Virus record (IMG/VR): IMGVR_UViG_3300045988_159115
From: a virus
Direction: 5' to 3' (one strand)
DNA length: 64,000 bases
The position numbers were made by a program, and so were the translations under genes. This document shows positions 52,089 to 60,286 of the stretch, in pieces. Every line of letters starts with the position of its first letter. Position 1 is the first letter of the stretch. The notes below the pieces were generated by a model that made no database searches, was not told the DNA's origin, and saw only the letters and a list, made by a program, of their open reading frames with translations.

Positions 52089-52502
52089 GTGACCGATCAT
52101 TACAAGGTTTTTGCAGATCAGATCATTGCGAAAGAAGTCTATAACGAGAGCGATGATACGGTTTATACCATCGTGCCTTGCAGCTCTGGTATGGATGCTT
52201 GTCCTGGAACTGATGGTTATTACGCAATGATCTGGCATAACGCTTCTGGCTTCTCTTCGAAGTTCTTTAAGCTCTCTGTGGTTAAGAAAGAAGAGATTGC
52301 TGACTATTGCACTGCCGATCGGATGTGTGAAGAGGTTATCACAGATACCAGGTCTCTCATTAAGCTGATTAGCAATTTGAATGCTGGCACTATGACGCAG
52401 TGTCTCGTACATCTGTCTCTTCCCTCCGAGCATAACGGATATTTTAACGGAGCTTTTCGTCAGGAATATGACATCGTCGTTGCAATTACTCCGGTGAAAT
52501 AA
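52089..52502 (+). CDS. small hypothetical protein
   Basis: Track ORF 52032-52502. GAAAGGA SD 8 nt before GTG 52089, which removes the 53-nt overlap. Bidirectional terminator 52506-52548 follows. Confidence 0.5.
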   Translation: MTDHYKVFADQIIAKEVYNESDDTVYTIVPCSSGMDACPGTDGYYAMIWHNASGFSSKFFKLSVVKKEEIADYCTADRMCEEVITDTRSLIKLISNLNAGTMTQCLVHLSLPSEHNGYFNGAFRQEYDIVVAITPVK

Positions 52503-52505
52503 ATA

Positions 52506-52548
52506 AAAAAGAAGGAGCCAAACCATTTTCGGTGGCTCCTTCTTTTTT
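52506..52548. terminator. bidirectional terminator between convergent genes
   Basis: AAAAAGAAGGAGCCA / TGGCTCCTTCTTTTTT. Confidence 0.85.
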
Positions 52549-52552
52549 GTAA

Positions 52553-54037
52553 TTATGGAATGATGCTCTTTTGAAAAACACCTTTACACTTTGCTCGGAG
52601 AATTGGAAGTTTGTTGACGAGCTGTCTTTCACAAGGCTCGAACCCAATATCAATCAAATCGTAGAAGTAGGTATCGTCTGTCGGACTATACTCACGCAAT
52701 CTACCAGATAATTGATTTGCGATTATTTTAGATGAGAACGGTGTGGTATTGATAATGGATCTTAAGTCTTTGATATCAACGCCAGTACCACAGCTCTGGA
52801 TCGTAGAAATAATAACGTCCACACTGGATTTAGCCATTTCATTCTCTTCTTTTTTATTCTTAGAATGAATTGTGCCAATGGTTCTTCCATCCAAAATTTC
52901 AGGGTGCTTCTTAAAGTATTCACAGATGTAATTGATATTATCAATTTTTGGTACTGTGATAAGAATTTTCCCTTTATGCTTCTTTGCTTCTTCAAATACC
53001 TGTAATAGAACTTTCATGAGAGAGTTCTTTGGATCTTCGTCAAATGCCCACATTGCAAATAGCAGTGAACTAAATCCTTTATACGTATCACATTTCTTTT
53101 TCCAATACGAAGTTGGATTAGAACGATAAGTGATTGGGTAATACAGGATATGCTTCCTACTTACAGCAGTAGAAGTTTCTTCCAATGCTTTATTTGACCG
53201 ATAACGGTAGACAGATGCGAAGCACCGTTCATAGAGGTGGGCTTCTTGATCATCACTTCGAGTGAAGTTTGCTGTCAGATAATAGGTTCTTACAGTATCA
53301 CTGAAGTAATCCACATAAATGACATTTCGGAAACAAAGATGTGCTTCATCGTATACTTTGACTCCGATTTTCACTTCATGGAAAAACTCTTTTAAAGCGT
53401 CTTCCCCTTTATTTCGAGCATAAGTTTGAAGAGTCTGATGGTTAACGAAGTAGATATCTCCTTCGATGGAACCATCAATAATTCCATCCATCGTCCCACT
53501 ACCAACGATATTGATGAGTCTATCAGGATCAATATCGGTTTTTTCATGGAACGTGTTAATCCATTGCTCTTTGATTTTATCCTGTGTTGTAATGATCATA
53601 GTCCTTGCTTTCATGGAAATGATTGCATTGACCATGCAGTACGTTTTCCCAAATCCAGTTTGAAGAATCAATGCTTGCTGACTGGATACGGAAAACCCAG
53701 AATATTTCCCACTTGCAGTTAAGAAATTGATGCAGTCTTTTTGCAAATCGTCTCTTGGAGCAACCGTCATATTTGCATCTTTGAATGTGCGGTATGGATC
53801 GTGGTCATATACCATAATTGCTTTTGTATTGAAGTAATTTTCAAGATAAGCAACGTCCATACCTCTAGGAAGATACAGTTTATCGTCTTTTATCAAATAG
53901 ACACCGTTTACATATCGGTGTCTCAAATTATCCCATGTACAAAATCTTTTTTCGATTTTGAATTCTTCACCTTTTTCATAGGGAGATATTTCGATGTGAG
54001 TATGAAATACACGGATTGTTTTTGTATCGTATCCCAT
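52553..54037 (-). CDS. SF2 DEAD/DEAH-type helicase (UvsW/ResIII-like)
   Basis: Motif I QTGFGKTY, motif II VYDEAHL, motif III TANFTRSD, motif V QSCGTGVDIKD, motif VI QLSGRLRE. Confidence 0.8.
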   Translation of the reverse strand: MGYDTKTIRVFHTHIEISPYEKGEEFKIEKRFCTWDNLRHRYVNGVYLIKDDKLYLPRGMDVAYLENYFNTKAIMVYDHDPYRTFKDANMTVAPRDDLQKDCINFLTASGKYSGFSVSSQQALILQTGFGKTYCMVNAIISMKARTMIITTQDKIKEQWINTFHEKTDIDPDRLINIVGSGTMDGIIDGSIEGDIYFVNHQTLQTYARNKGEDALKEFFHEVKIGVKVYDEAHLCFRNVIYVDYFSDTVRTYYLTANFTRSDDQEAHLYERCFASVYRYRSNKALEETSTAVSRKHILYYPITYRSNPTSYWKKKCDTYKGFSSLLFAMWAFDEDPKNSLMKVLLQVFEEAKKHKGKILITVPKIDNINYICEYFKKHPEILDGRTIGTIHSKNKKEENEMAKSSVDVIISTIQSCGTGVDIKDLRSIINTTPFSSKIIANQLSGRLREYSPTDDTYFYDLIDIGFEPCERQLVNKLPILRAKCKGVFQKSIIP

Positions 54038-54061
54038 ATCCTTCTTCCCTCCTTAGAGTTT

Positions 54062-54073
54062 CTATGTGTATGT
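54062..54073 (-). promoter_or_regulatory. class B variant (ACA-N6-TAG)
   Basis: Reverse complement CCAAAAAAACATACACATAG; 24 nt upstream of the SF2 helicase ATG 54037, after hairpin 54089-54132. Confidence 0.4.
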
Positions 54074-54223
54074 TTTTTTGGCAATATGATGGAATAGCAG
54101 TCGGTATCAACCCGTATACCAACTGCTATTCCAATATACTTTTTATCTTCATTCAGCAAGGCCCAACAATTCTTCTTCGTATAGGATCTTACTTGCGTTC
54201 TGGTGGCTACTACATTAATAAAA

Positions 54224-54676
54224 TCATTTCTTTTCGAACGAATCATGCTTGAGATGATCATAACAGACATCGCGAATATGTTTGATAGCCATCTCTGCTT
54301 TACCATTCGGAATATCGTTATCAACACAGTAAGCCTCATATTTCTTGCACTGTTCGAGAATATGGTTATATTGCTCTTCAGTGTGCCGATCGTTGTTGTC
54401 TCGAATTTCACTCTCAAATTGAAAAATCTCATATCGGTATTGAGCGACTTTAAAGTCCTGGAAATCTTTTTTCTGCTCTTCCTGAGCTTTCTTTAACGCA
54501 TCCAATTCCGTTTTGAGGCCAGAGTTCATTTTGTCTCCCATCCATTTGAGAATCATTGTAATTGGGTTGAACTTAATAGGAGAAATCTCGATGATCGTGC
54601 CAGAAGCGATTAGATAGATTAGCGCCTGTCCAATCGCTTTGGCGAGGTCACCAGAATCCATGTTGAATAAGCCCAT
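54224..54676 (-). CDS. membrane-associated protein transcribed divergently from the endolysin (holin candidate by context only)
   Basis: Track ORF. One hydrophobic segment, AIGQALIYLIASGTIIEI, then a charged coiled-coil-like region. Class B motif at 54739-54750. Confidence 0.35.
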   Translation of the reverse strand: MGLFNMDSGDLAKAIGQALIYLIASGTIIEISPIKFNPITMILKWMGDKMNSGLKTELDALKKAQEEQKKDFQDFKVAQYRYEIFQFESEIRDNNDRHTEEQYNHILEQCKKYEAYCVDNDIPNGKAEMAIKHIRDVCYDHLKHDSFEKK

Positions 54677-54738
54677 GTCGTTACCTCGCTTACAAAAGAT
54701 TCAATAATGCATGAAGGTGTTACCCTGTCATGCAAGTA

Positions 54739-54750
54739 TTATATGTCTGT
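54739..54750 (-). promoter_or_regulatory. class B motif ACA-N6-TAA
   Basis: Reverse complement ACAGACATATAA; 62 nt upstream of minus-strand ATG 54676. Confidence 0.5.
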
Positions 54751-54771
54751 TGCATGACCCCAGACCCCGTA

Positions 54772-54783
54772 ACACATACATAA
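54772..54783 (+). promoter_or_regulatory. class B motif ACA-N6-TAA
   Basis: AACACATACATAA; 29 nt upstream of the endolysin ATG 54813. Confidence 0.6.
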
Positions 54784-54812
54784 TTCTGTGACGATGAAAG
54801 GAGTAATATATT

Positions 54813-55457
54813 ATGGGTAACGTAAAGACCTATCCTCGTACACCGGATGTGAATCTTTCAAGTCATTTTGCACTGCATGAATTTGCATGTAAGGATAACG
54901 GCGTGAGCAAGACTGTCCTTGTTGATGATGAACTGGTTCAGCGTCTTGAGACTCTTCGGAGTCGTCTTGGCGGAAAAGCCATCAATATCAATTCTGGTTA
55001 TCGTTCTCCCGCTCACGATAAGGCAGTTGGCGGTTCTGGTAGGGGTTTCCATACGAGAGGCATGGCAGCTGATATCTGGGTTCAGGGCCTTACTTGTGTT
55101 CAGCTCGGCATGCTTGCAAAGGAAGTTGGCTTCCGTGGTATTGGTATGTATCATCGTAAGCCTTCTGAGCAGGTTGTCCATGTTGACACACGCCCGTCTC
55201 CGTGTAAGTGGCTTTGCCGTTCTGGTGCAAAGTACAATTACATCCAGAACTTCATGCCTACGGTATCTCCTACTTCTCAGGGTGATACAAACAAGACTGC
55301 AACCATTATGCTTCAGTCTTGCCTTGGCATCGCTGAAGATGGGAAGTACGGTCCTGCAACAGTTGCTGCTGTTAAGAAGTTCCAGGCTGCGCATGGTCTG
55401 ACTGCTGATGGTATCTGCGGTGTTATGACTTGGAAAGAAATCGGTAAGATTCGTTAA
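54813..55457 (+). CDS. endolysin: Peptidase_M15 (M15A/YcbK-like) catalytic domain plus C-terminal peptidoglycan-binding (PG_binding_1-like) domain
   Basis: SGYRSPAHD, GFHTRGMAADI and VVHVD match the Zn-ligand pattern H..D..H of M15 peptidases. C-terminal DGKYGPATVAAVKKFQAAHGLTADGICGVMTW. Confidence 0.85.
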   Translation: MGNVKTYPRTPDVNLSSHFALHEFACKDNGVSKTVLVDDELVQRLETLRSRLGGKAININSGYRSPAHDKAVGGSGRGFHTRGMAADIWVQGLTCVQLGMLAKEVGFRGIGMYHRKPSEQVVHVDTRPSPCKWLCRSGAKYNYIQNFMPTVSPTSQGDTNKTATIMLQSCLGIAEDGKYGPATVAAVKKFQAAHGLTADGICGVMTWKEIGKIR

Positions 55458-55464
55458 GACTACA

Positions 55465-55507
55465 AAAAAGACAACGGAAATCGTATTTGAAATCCGTTGT
55501 CTTTTTC
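55465..55507. terminator. bidirectional terminator between convergent genes
   Basis: AAAAAGACAACGGA / TCCGTTGTCTTTTT. Confidence 0.8.
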
Positions 55508-55508
55508 T

Positions 55509-56267
55509 TTACCGCATCATACTGATCCAGTATTGGCCAGTCTCAAAAAGAATTGTATTTGGATAATCTTCCTGAGAGATACCCTCAATACCTTCCACAT
55601 TAGGAGCGATAATCGTTACGTTTTTTAAATTATTGCATGTAAGCAGTCCAACTACGTTGCCAGTATACCCAGCTCCAATGAGATACAAACTCCGAAGTTG
55701 AGTGCAACGCACAAGTCTCTCTATATTGCCATCCTTGGCTTTGTGAATATCACCATCAAGTTTCATGAAGCGGATTGTATCACTGATATCACTCATCTTG
55801 AACTTCTCAATGAAACAGTTCGGACTGACAATCAAGCTTTCAAGCCGTTCAAGATTTCCGATATACTCGGACTCCACAGTGATATGATCGAGGAGGGATA
55901 AATAGTCAATGTATTCAACATCGCCAAAGAATCCGACACAGCATGTGTCATTATTCAGTGGCTTAATTGAAAATCGAACGACATAATTCGTCCGCAAGCA
56001 TTTCTTTCGGAATGCATGCATTGATTTATTGGATTCGCCCTCATCAGACCACAGAACACAATTGCTGCTATGGTAAATGAATACTTTTGGCGGACGAAGT
56101 TTTTTATCTCCGAAGATATCATGCCGTAAGCAAACTTCAAAATTGATTTCGTGAATGATTGCTTGATTCGGCACTTTATATCGAAGAATAAGACGCTTCA
56201 TCCCTTTCACACTACGCTTCGGATTTGCATTAAGTTCTTCTATGAACTTTCTCTCACTAGCGTTCAA
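55509..56267 (-). CDS. leucine-rich-repeat-like protein (tentative)
   Basis: Track ORF. The C-terminal half has LxxLxLxxN/C-type periodicity (LERLESLIVSPNC..., CTQLRSLYLIGAGYTGNVVGLLTCNNLKNVTI). Confidence 0.45.
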   Translation of the reverse strand: MNASERKFIEELNANPKRSVKGMKRLILRYKVPNQAIIHEINFEVCLRHDIFGDKKLRPPKVFIYHSSNCVLWSDEGESNKSMHAFRKKCLRTNYVVRFSIKPLNNDTCCVGFFGDVEYIDYLSLLDHITVESEYIGNLERLESLIVSPNCFIEKFKMSDISDTIRFMKLDGDIHKAKDGNIERLVRCTQLRSLYLIGAGYTGNVVGLLTCNNLKNVTIIAPNVEGIEGISQEDYPNTILFETGQYWISMMR

Positions 56268-56270
56268 TTT

Positions 56271-56810
56271 TTACAGATCCTTTCCCTCGTCATATTCTAC
56301 GTCTGTCAGATTCGTAAGAAATTTTATGCCATCGGAAGTATACCCAGAGATATTGGTATTCTTGATGTTGAGGAATCGTAAGAAGATGCACTTGTAAAGA
56401 TCAGAGAATTTCCCGTAAACATCAGTGCAATTAACATCCAAGTATTCCAAGGAAGTCATCATGCCAAAATCCGACAAAGGATTCGTGATGCTTGTGTTGG
56501 CTACAGTAATCTTTGTAACCCGGTTTGCTTTTGGAATATAGAGCACAGTATCTTCACCTTTCGGAAAAGAAATGACGCTTGTCTTACCATCCGTAGTCCA
56601 GATGGTATCCTGATCTACGTATCTATTTCCACGACGCACCTTCGAAGTGATTACCTGATTGATACAGGAAGTGATATACACGGTATTCGTTTCGTGAGGG
56701 CTCTTCTCATCTTTTCTAAAGAAGAGATATAAGCCATCATCGTGCTTGGAATAGCGCACACGCAGTCTTGTCACACATTGCTTCATTCGTTTCCATAAAG
56801 TCGTCACCAT
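56271..56810 (-). CDS. leucine-rich-repeat-like protein (tentative)
   Basis: Track ORF. MTSLEYLDVNCTDVYGKFSDLYKCIFLRFLNIKNTNISGYTSDGIKFLTNLTDV. Class A motif at 56867-56876. Confidence 0.45.
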   Translation of the reverse strand: MVTTLWKRMKQCVTRLRVRYSKHDDGLYLFFRKDEKSPHETNTVYITSCINQVITSKVRRGNRYVDQDTIWTTDGKTSVISFPKGEDTVLYIPKANRVTKITVANTSITNPLSDFGMMTSLEYLDVNCTDVYGKFSDLYKCIFLRFLNIKNTNISGYTSDGIKFLTNLTDVEYDEGKDL

Positions 56811-56866
56811 AATAATTCCTCCAAGTTTTTATATTCATGAGCTTCTTTTCATCTACTCACTATAAT

Positions 56867-56876
56867 TATAATATAT
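56867..56876 (-). promoter_or_regulatory. class A motif ATATATTATA (minus strand)
   Basis: The reverse complement reads TGATTATATATTATAATTATAGTG; 56 nt upstream of minus-strand ATG 56810. Confidence 0.6.
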
Positions 56877-56959
56877 AATCAAAAACAATTAGGTAGAAAT
56901 GTTTTCCTTCTTCCTTTCAAATTTTGGTCGGTCGAACACGCGCGGGCAAAATCATATGA

Positions 56960-57000
56960 TCCAGACTGCTGTAACGTCTTAGATTACAGTAGTCTGGATT
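56960..57000 (-). terminator. second hairpin downstream of the fibre-like gene
   Basis: ATCCAGACTGCTGTAA / TTACAGTAGTCTGGAT; weak T-tracts. Confidence 0.45.
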
Positions 57001-57017
57001 ATGCTTTATTAGACAAG

Positions 57018-57063
57018 AAAAATCCCTATGGAATACCAGTATAAGTATCCATAGGGATTTTTT
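57018..57063 (-). terminator. intrinsic terminator (A/T flanked, bidirectional)
   Basis: AAAAATCCCTATGGA / TCCATAGGGATTTTTT. Confidence 0.85.
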
Positions 57064-57080
57064 ATGCTAGAGGATAAAGA

Positions 57081-58451
57081 TCACTTTTCCTCATCAGTTG
57101 ATGTAGACGCTGAATCCTCAGTGGGAGGAGTCGTAGTCTCTGAAGGAGTCTCTTCCTTTACACTACCCTCTTCAGTTGAGTCAGTGGAAGGAGTCTCGAC
57201 GGTTTCATCGGGCTTATTCTCAGTCTCAGTCTCCTCAGTTGATCCTGCGGCTTCAGAAGACTGATCGGTGCCAGATGCCTCAGTGGACTCACCCTTCTCG
57301 GTTGTGTCAGTGGATGCATCGGTTTCACCAGTCACAGTATCGGTGGTTTCGCCTTCTGAAGTAGACTTATCTTCGGAGGAACCAGGATTGGTTTCATCCG
57401 TAGATTCAGGAGGAGTCACTGTACCATTATCGGTATCGGTAGTTTCACCAGATCCGGTTGTGTCAGTAGACTCACCAGGTTCGGTCGTTTCCGTACCGGT
57501 TGTCTCACCAGAGCCTTCCGTCTCAGTAGACTTATCCGGCTCAGGTGTTTCAGTCTTAGTCTCCTCAGACTTCTTAGCAGCATCGAGTTCAGACTGGAGA
57601 CGGTCGTTCTTTGCCTTCTCAGCATTGAGCTCCTCTGTGGTATCATGGAGCTGCTTCCATGCGTCAGATGCGGAAGCTTCTGCATTATCAGCACGGTTAG
57701 TTGCATTAGCCAGATCCTTTTCGGTCTCAGCCTTAGAATCTTCAGCTTCCTTCTGAGCCTTCTCAGCGGCAGCCTTAGCAGCTTCTGCCTCAGCCTGTGC
57801 CTTCATAGCATCCTCAGCATTGACTCGAGCAATCTCAGCCTTATTCTCTGCATCGGCGATGCGATCAAACAGATCCATCAGAGCAGCAGTGACATTAGGC
57901 ATGTTGTACTGATCGAGAACCGTTCGATCACCGATCAGGCCAAGATAGTCGCTGTAGGTAAGCGGAGCGTCATATGCATCCGCAACAGACGTGTTAGGTT
58001 CAACGCCAAGCCTCTTATACAGATCAGCAATTGCACCAATGATAGTACCATCGCCGCCATAAGAATCCAGCAGAGATGCGTTGCCAATGGCATCCGCAAT
58101 ATTCAGACCAATCAGATCAGTATCCACAAAATCGGTGGAACCAACTGCCTGGTCTTCCATCGGACCGGTAACATTGCCATCCTTGTCAGCAACGACAAAT
58201 TCGGTACCAGAACCATTCGTAGCAGTACCGTCGCTGTCATCGACACTGGCAACAGCATCATCATCGAGACTCATAGGCTGAGCAGCAGGTGCGTCACTGA
58301 CAAGATTCTGAGCTGCGATTGAGCTATCCGAGATGAAGTATGTCTTCAGAGGATTATTCTTCTCAGCAGTTGTCAGCTTGTCGTAATTTGCTTGAGTAAT
58401 AACGATATTTTGTTCAGCGGTTGCAATGATCTCGTCATTAATTTTAATCAT
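57081..58451 (-). CDS. fibre/decoration-like protein: N-terminal domain, Ala/Lys/Glu coiled coil, about 190-aa Thr/Glu/Ser/Gly-rich tail
   Basis: Track ORF; G/C-ending codons. Coiled coil AEAAKAAAEKAQKEAEDSKAETEKD. Repetitive GETT/TETT/ESTD units. Terminator 57018-57063 follows. Confidence 0.7.
   Translation of the reverse strand: MIKINDEIIATAEQNIVITQANYDKLTTAEKNNPLKTYFISDSSIAAQNLVSDAPAAQPMSLDDDAVASVDDSDGTATNGSGTEFVVADKDGNVTGPMEDQAVGSTDFVDTDLIGLNIADAIGNASLLDSYGGDGTIIGAIADLYKRLGVEPNTSVADAYDAPLTYSDYLGLIGDRTVLDQYNMPNVTAALMDLFDRIADAENKAEIARVNAEDAMKAQAEAEAAKAAAEKAQKEAEDSKAETEKDLANATNRADNAEASASDAWKQLHDTTEELNAEKAKNDRLQSELDAAKKSEETKTETPEPDKSTETEGSGETTGTETTEPGESTDTTGSGETTDTDNGTVTPPESTDETNPGSSEDKSTSEGETTDTVTGETDASTDTTEKGESTEASGTDQSSEAAGSTEETETENKPDETVETPSTDSTEEGSVKEETPSETTTPPTEDSASTSTDEEK
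57084..57650 (-). repeat. imperfect coding tandem repeats (Thr/Glu/Ser/Gly-rich tail of 57081-58451)
   Basis: Recurrent GGTTTCACC / GTCTCACC / CTCAGTAGAC units on the plus strand. The protein shows GETTGTETTEPGESTDTTGSGETTDTD-type units. Confidence 0.6.
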
Positions 58452-58475
58452 TTCTGTTATCCTCCTTTCTTCTCA

Positions 58476-58991
58476 TTATACCTTGACAAATACCAGCTGA
58501 CCATTAATGAGAGCATCTGTAGCTACAGCGTAGGTAGAGATGTTCGTAAGGGTCAGTGCACCGGCAGCTGTACAAGAGAGTTTCAGGTTGATAACGCCCT
58601 TACTAGGAACGATTGTTGCGCTGGAATCAGTCTCTTCGACGTACATACCGCACATACCTGTTGTAAACACAACAGTGGAGGTCTCAATCTTCGGACGAAT
58701 GGTAGTACCAAGCGTAGAAATTGAGACGGATGCACCTGCTGCCAATGCTGCCTTAAGTTTAACATTGACCAGAGACAGTACAACCATCTCATGACTATTT
58801 GCATACGTGATACTACCCGAACTTGTATTGGCCAGAGTCAGAGAGCCGTTTGCAGTAGTTGTGAGCTCCTTCAATGCTGTCTGAACTGTGGTAGACGTAA
58901 TGCGGGTGCCGGATGTGGCAACTGAGACATTTGATGCCGGCAGTGTGGAACCACCAGCATATACGACGCCCGATTTTACAATCTTCGGCAT
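58476..58991 (-). CDS. small fibre/receptor-binding-like structural protein (tentative)
   Basis: Track ORF; Ser/Thr/Ala/Gly-rich beta-type composition. TVQTALKEL resembles the NVQ.AL.EL motif common in phage tail-fibre N-termini. Class B motif at 59058-59069. Confidence 0.5.
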   Translation of the reverse strand: MPKIVKSGVVYAGGSTLPASNVSVATSGTRITSTTVQTALKELTTTANGSLTLANTSSGSITYANSHEMVVLSLVNVKLKAALAAGASVSISTLGTTIRPKIETSTVVFTTGMCGMYVEETDSSATIVPSKGVINLKLSCTAAGALTLTNISTYAVATDALINGQLVFVKV

Positions 58992-59057
58992 ATAGATTTA
59001 TCACCCTTTCTTTAAGATTATTACCCAATATCGTTATAATAAAGGACAGATCAGGTA

Positions 59058-59069
59058 TTAGCTATATGT
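59058..59069 (-). promoter_or_regulatory. class B motif ACA-N6-TAA
   Basis: Reverse complement CTAAAAACATATAGCTAA; overlaps the stop of 59072-60160; 66 nt upstream of ATG 58991. Confidence 0.6.
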
Positions 59070-59071
59070 TT

Positions 59072-60160
59072 TTAGACGACTATCAGGCGGTACTTGTTAC
59101 CATACAGGTCTGTAGCAGTAGATGTAGAGCGGTTGATATTCATTCTAGTGTGTTCAGGAAGCGGATAATCATCAATCACGACACCATCTTTATCAACGGC
59201 TTGGAATTCATACTTATCCGGATCGTCTTCAGAAAGATCATCGTGCCAAACGACATTGATCTTTACACCACGATTTTCATATTCAAGATACTTCAGCGTT
59301 TCTTCATCACGAGATTCTTCGCCGAGAGAATCTTCAATACCATCAAACAGATCGTCATCGTTGCTTACATCAGAATAGTCCTGTGTGGAAGAAGAATCGG
59401 TAGGCGCAATATTATTACGACCCATTTCCATCATAGTCTTCAGATAGGTAGAAGCGTAGTTCACCATATTGGCCTGCTCAGAGGTATTATTGGAGCCAAA
59501 TTCTTTGCGCTCTTTGAAGTTCATATCTGCAATAGAACGCTTTGTGGAAATAATCTTATCCACAATCTGAAGGCTCGTACCACGTGCAGTACTGATACTA
59601 TTGATAAGATCGGTCGTGAATTTCCCAATACCACGGGCACTACTCTTAGAGCTTTCCAGCTGGTCATACTTCTTTTGGAGAGAATCAACGAACTTAGCTT
59701 GCTGAAGTTGCATGTCCCTAAGCAAGGCAAGCTCAGGTTCAAACTCCTTCTTATGATTGATAGGCTGGCCATCTTTCTTTTTCTTCTTTTTGTCGCCATC
59801 GCCTTCATCATCTTCATCATAATCAAAAAGATCGTTGAAGCGCTTATTTTTCTTCTTCTTTTTCTTCTTTGCAGATTTAACGCCGAAGCTAAAGTCGACA
59901 GCTTCGTCCTGCATGGAATTCATTCCATTCAGATAATACTGGAAGTCATCATCTTCCTGCTTAATAGCAGATTGATTGCGTTCCACCTTCTTTTTCTCAG
60001 CTTTCGCTAAGAGATCAGAAGCCAGAACGCAATCATCTGTCCCATAATCGTCAAGATCTGCGGTAGCGTCAAGAAGGCTTTGTACTCGATTCGTTTTTAC
60101 TTTACGCTTCGAGTTTACTTCGATTTCGCTCTTAGGTAGATCGTCGTAATTATACTTCAT
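59072..60160 (-). CDS. hypothetical protein with poly-Lys and acidic tracts
   Basis: Track ORF; AAAGGTGG SD. AKKKKKKKNKRF and GDKKKKKKDG tracts. Class B motif at 60206-60217. Confidence 0.7.
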   Translation of the reverse strand: MKYNYDDLPKSEIEVNSKRKVKTNRVQSLLDATADLDDYGTDDCVLASDLLAKAEKKKVERNQSAIKQEDDDFQYYLNGMNSMQDEAVDFSFGVKSAKKKKKKKNKRFNDLFDYDEDDEGDGDKKKKKKDGQPINHKKEFEPELALLRDMQLQQAKFVDSLQKKYDQLESSKSSARGIGKFTTDLINSISTARGTSLQIVDKIISTKRSIADMNFKERKEFGSNNTSEQANMVNYASTYLKTMMEMGRNNIAPTDSSSTQDYSDVSNDDDLFDGIEDSLGEESRDEETLKYLEYENRGVKINVVWHDDLSEDDPDKYEFQAVDKDGVVIDDYPLPEHTRMNINRSTSTATDLYGNKYRLIVV

Positions 60161-60205
60161 ATAAAGACCACCTTTCGTTGGTAATTAATGGAAAGCCTAG
60201 AAAAC

Positions 60206-60217
60206 TTATGCATCTGT
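60206..60217 (-). promoter_or_regulatory. class B motif ACA-N6-TAA
   Basis: Reverse complement GGAAAAACAGATGCATAA; 45 nt upstream of ATG 60160. Confidence 0.55.
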
Positions 60218-60246
60218 TTTTCCTATCCTTTTTCATTGGCCTTGTG

Positions 60247-60258
60247 ACAGTTGACTAA
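60247..60258 (+). promoter_or_regulatory. class B motif ACA-N6-TAA
   Basis: ACAGTTGACTAA; 28 nt upstream of the PolB ATG 60287. Confidence 0.5.
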
Positions 60259-60286
60259 ACGAAAGACCGAAAGGAATGAAACTAAT

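Noticed and set aside
53923-54432. ORFs 53923-54432 (minus strand), 54016-54252 (plus strand) and 54203-54496 (plus strand) in and around the helicase/54224 intergenic region.
   Set aside because: They overlap real gene ends or the hairpin at 54089-54132, lack SDs, and have hydrophobic, nonsense-like composition typical of AT-rich spacers.
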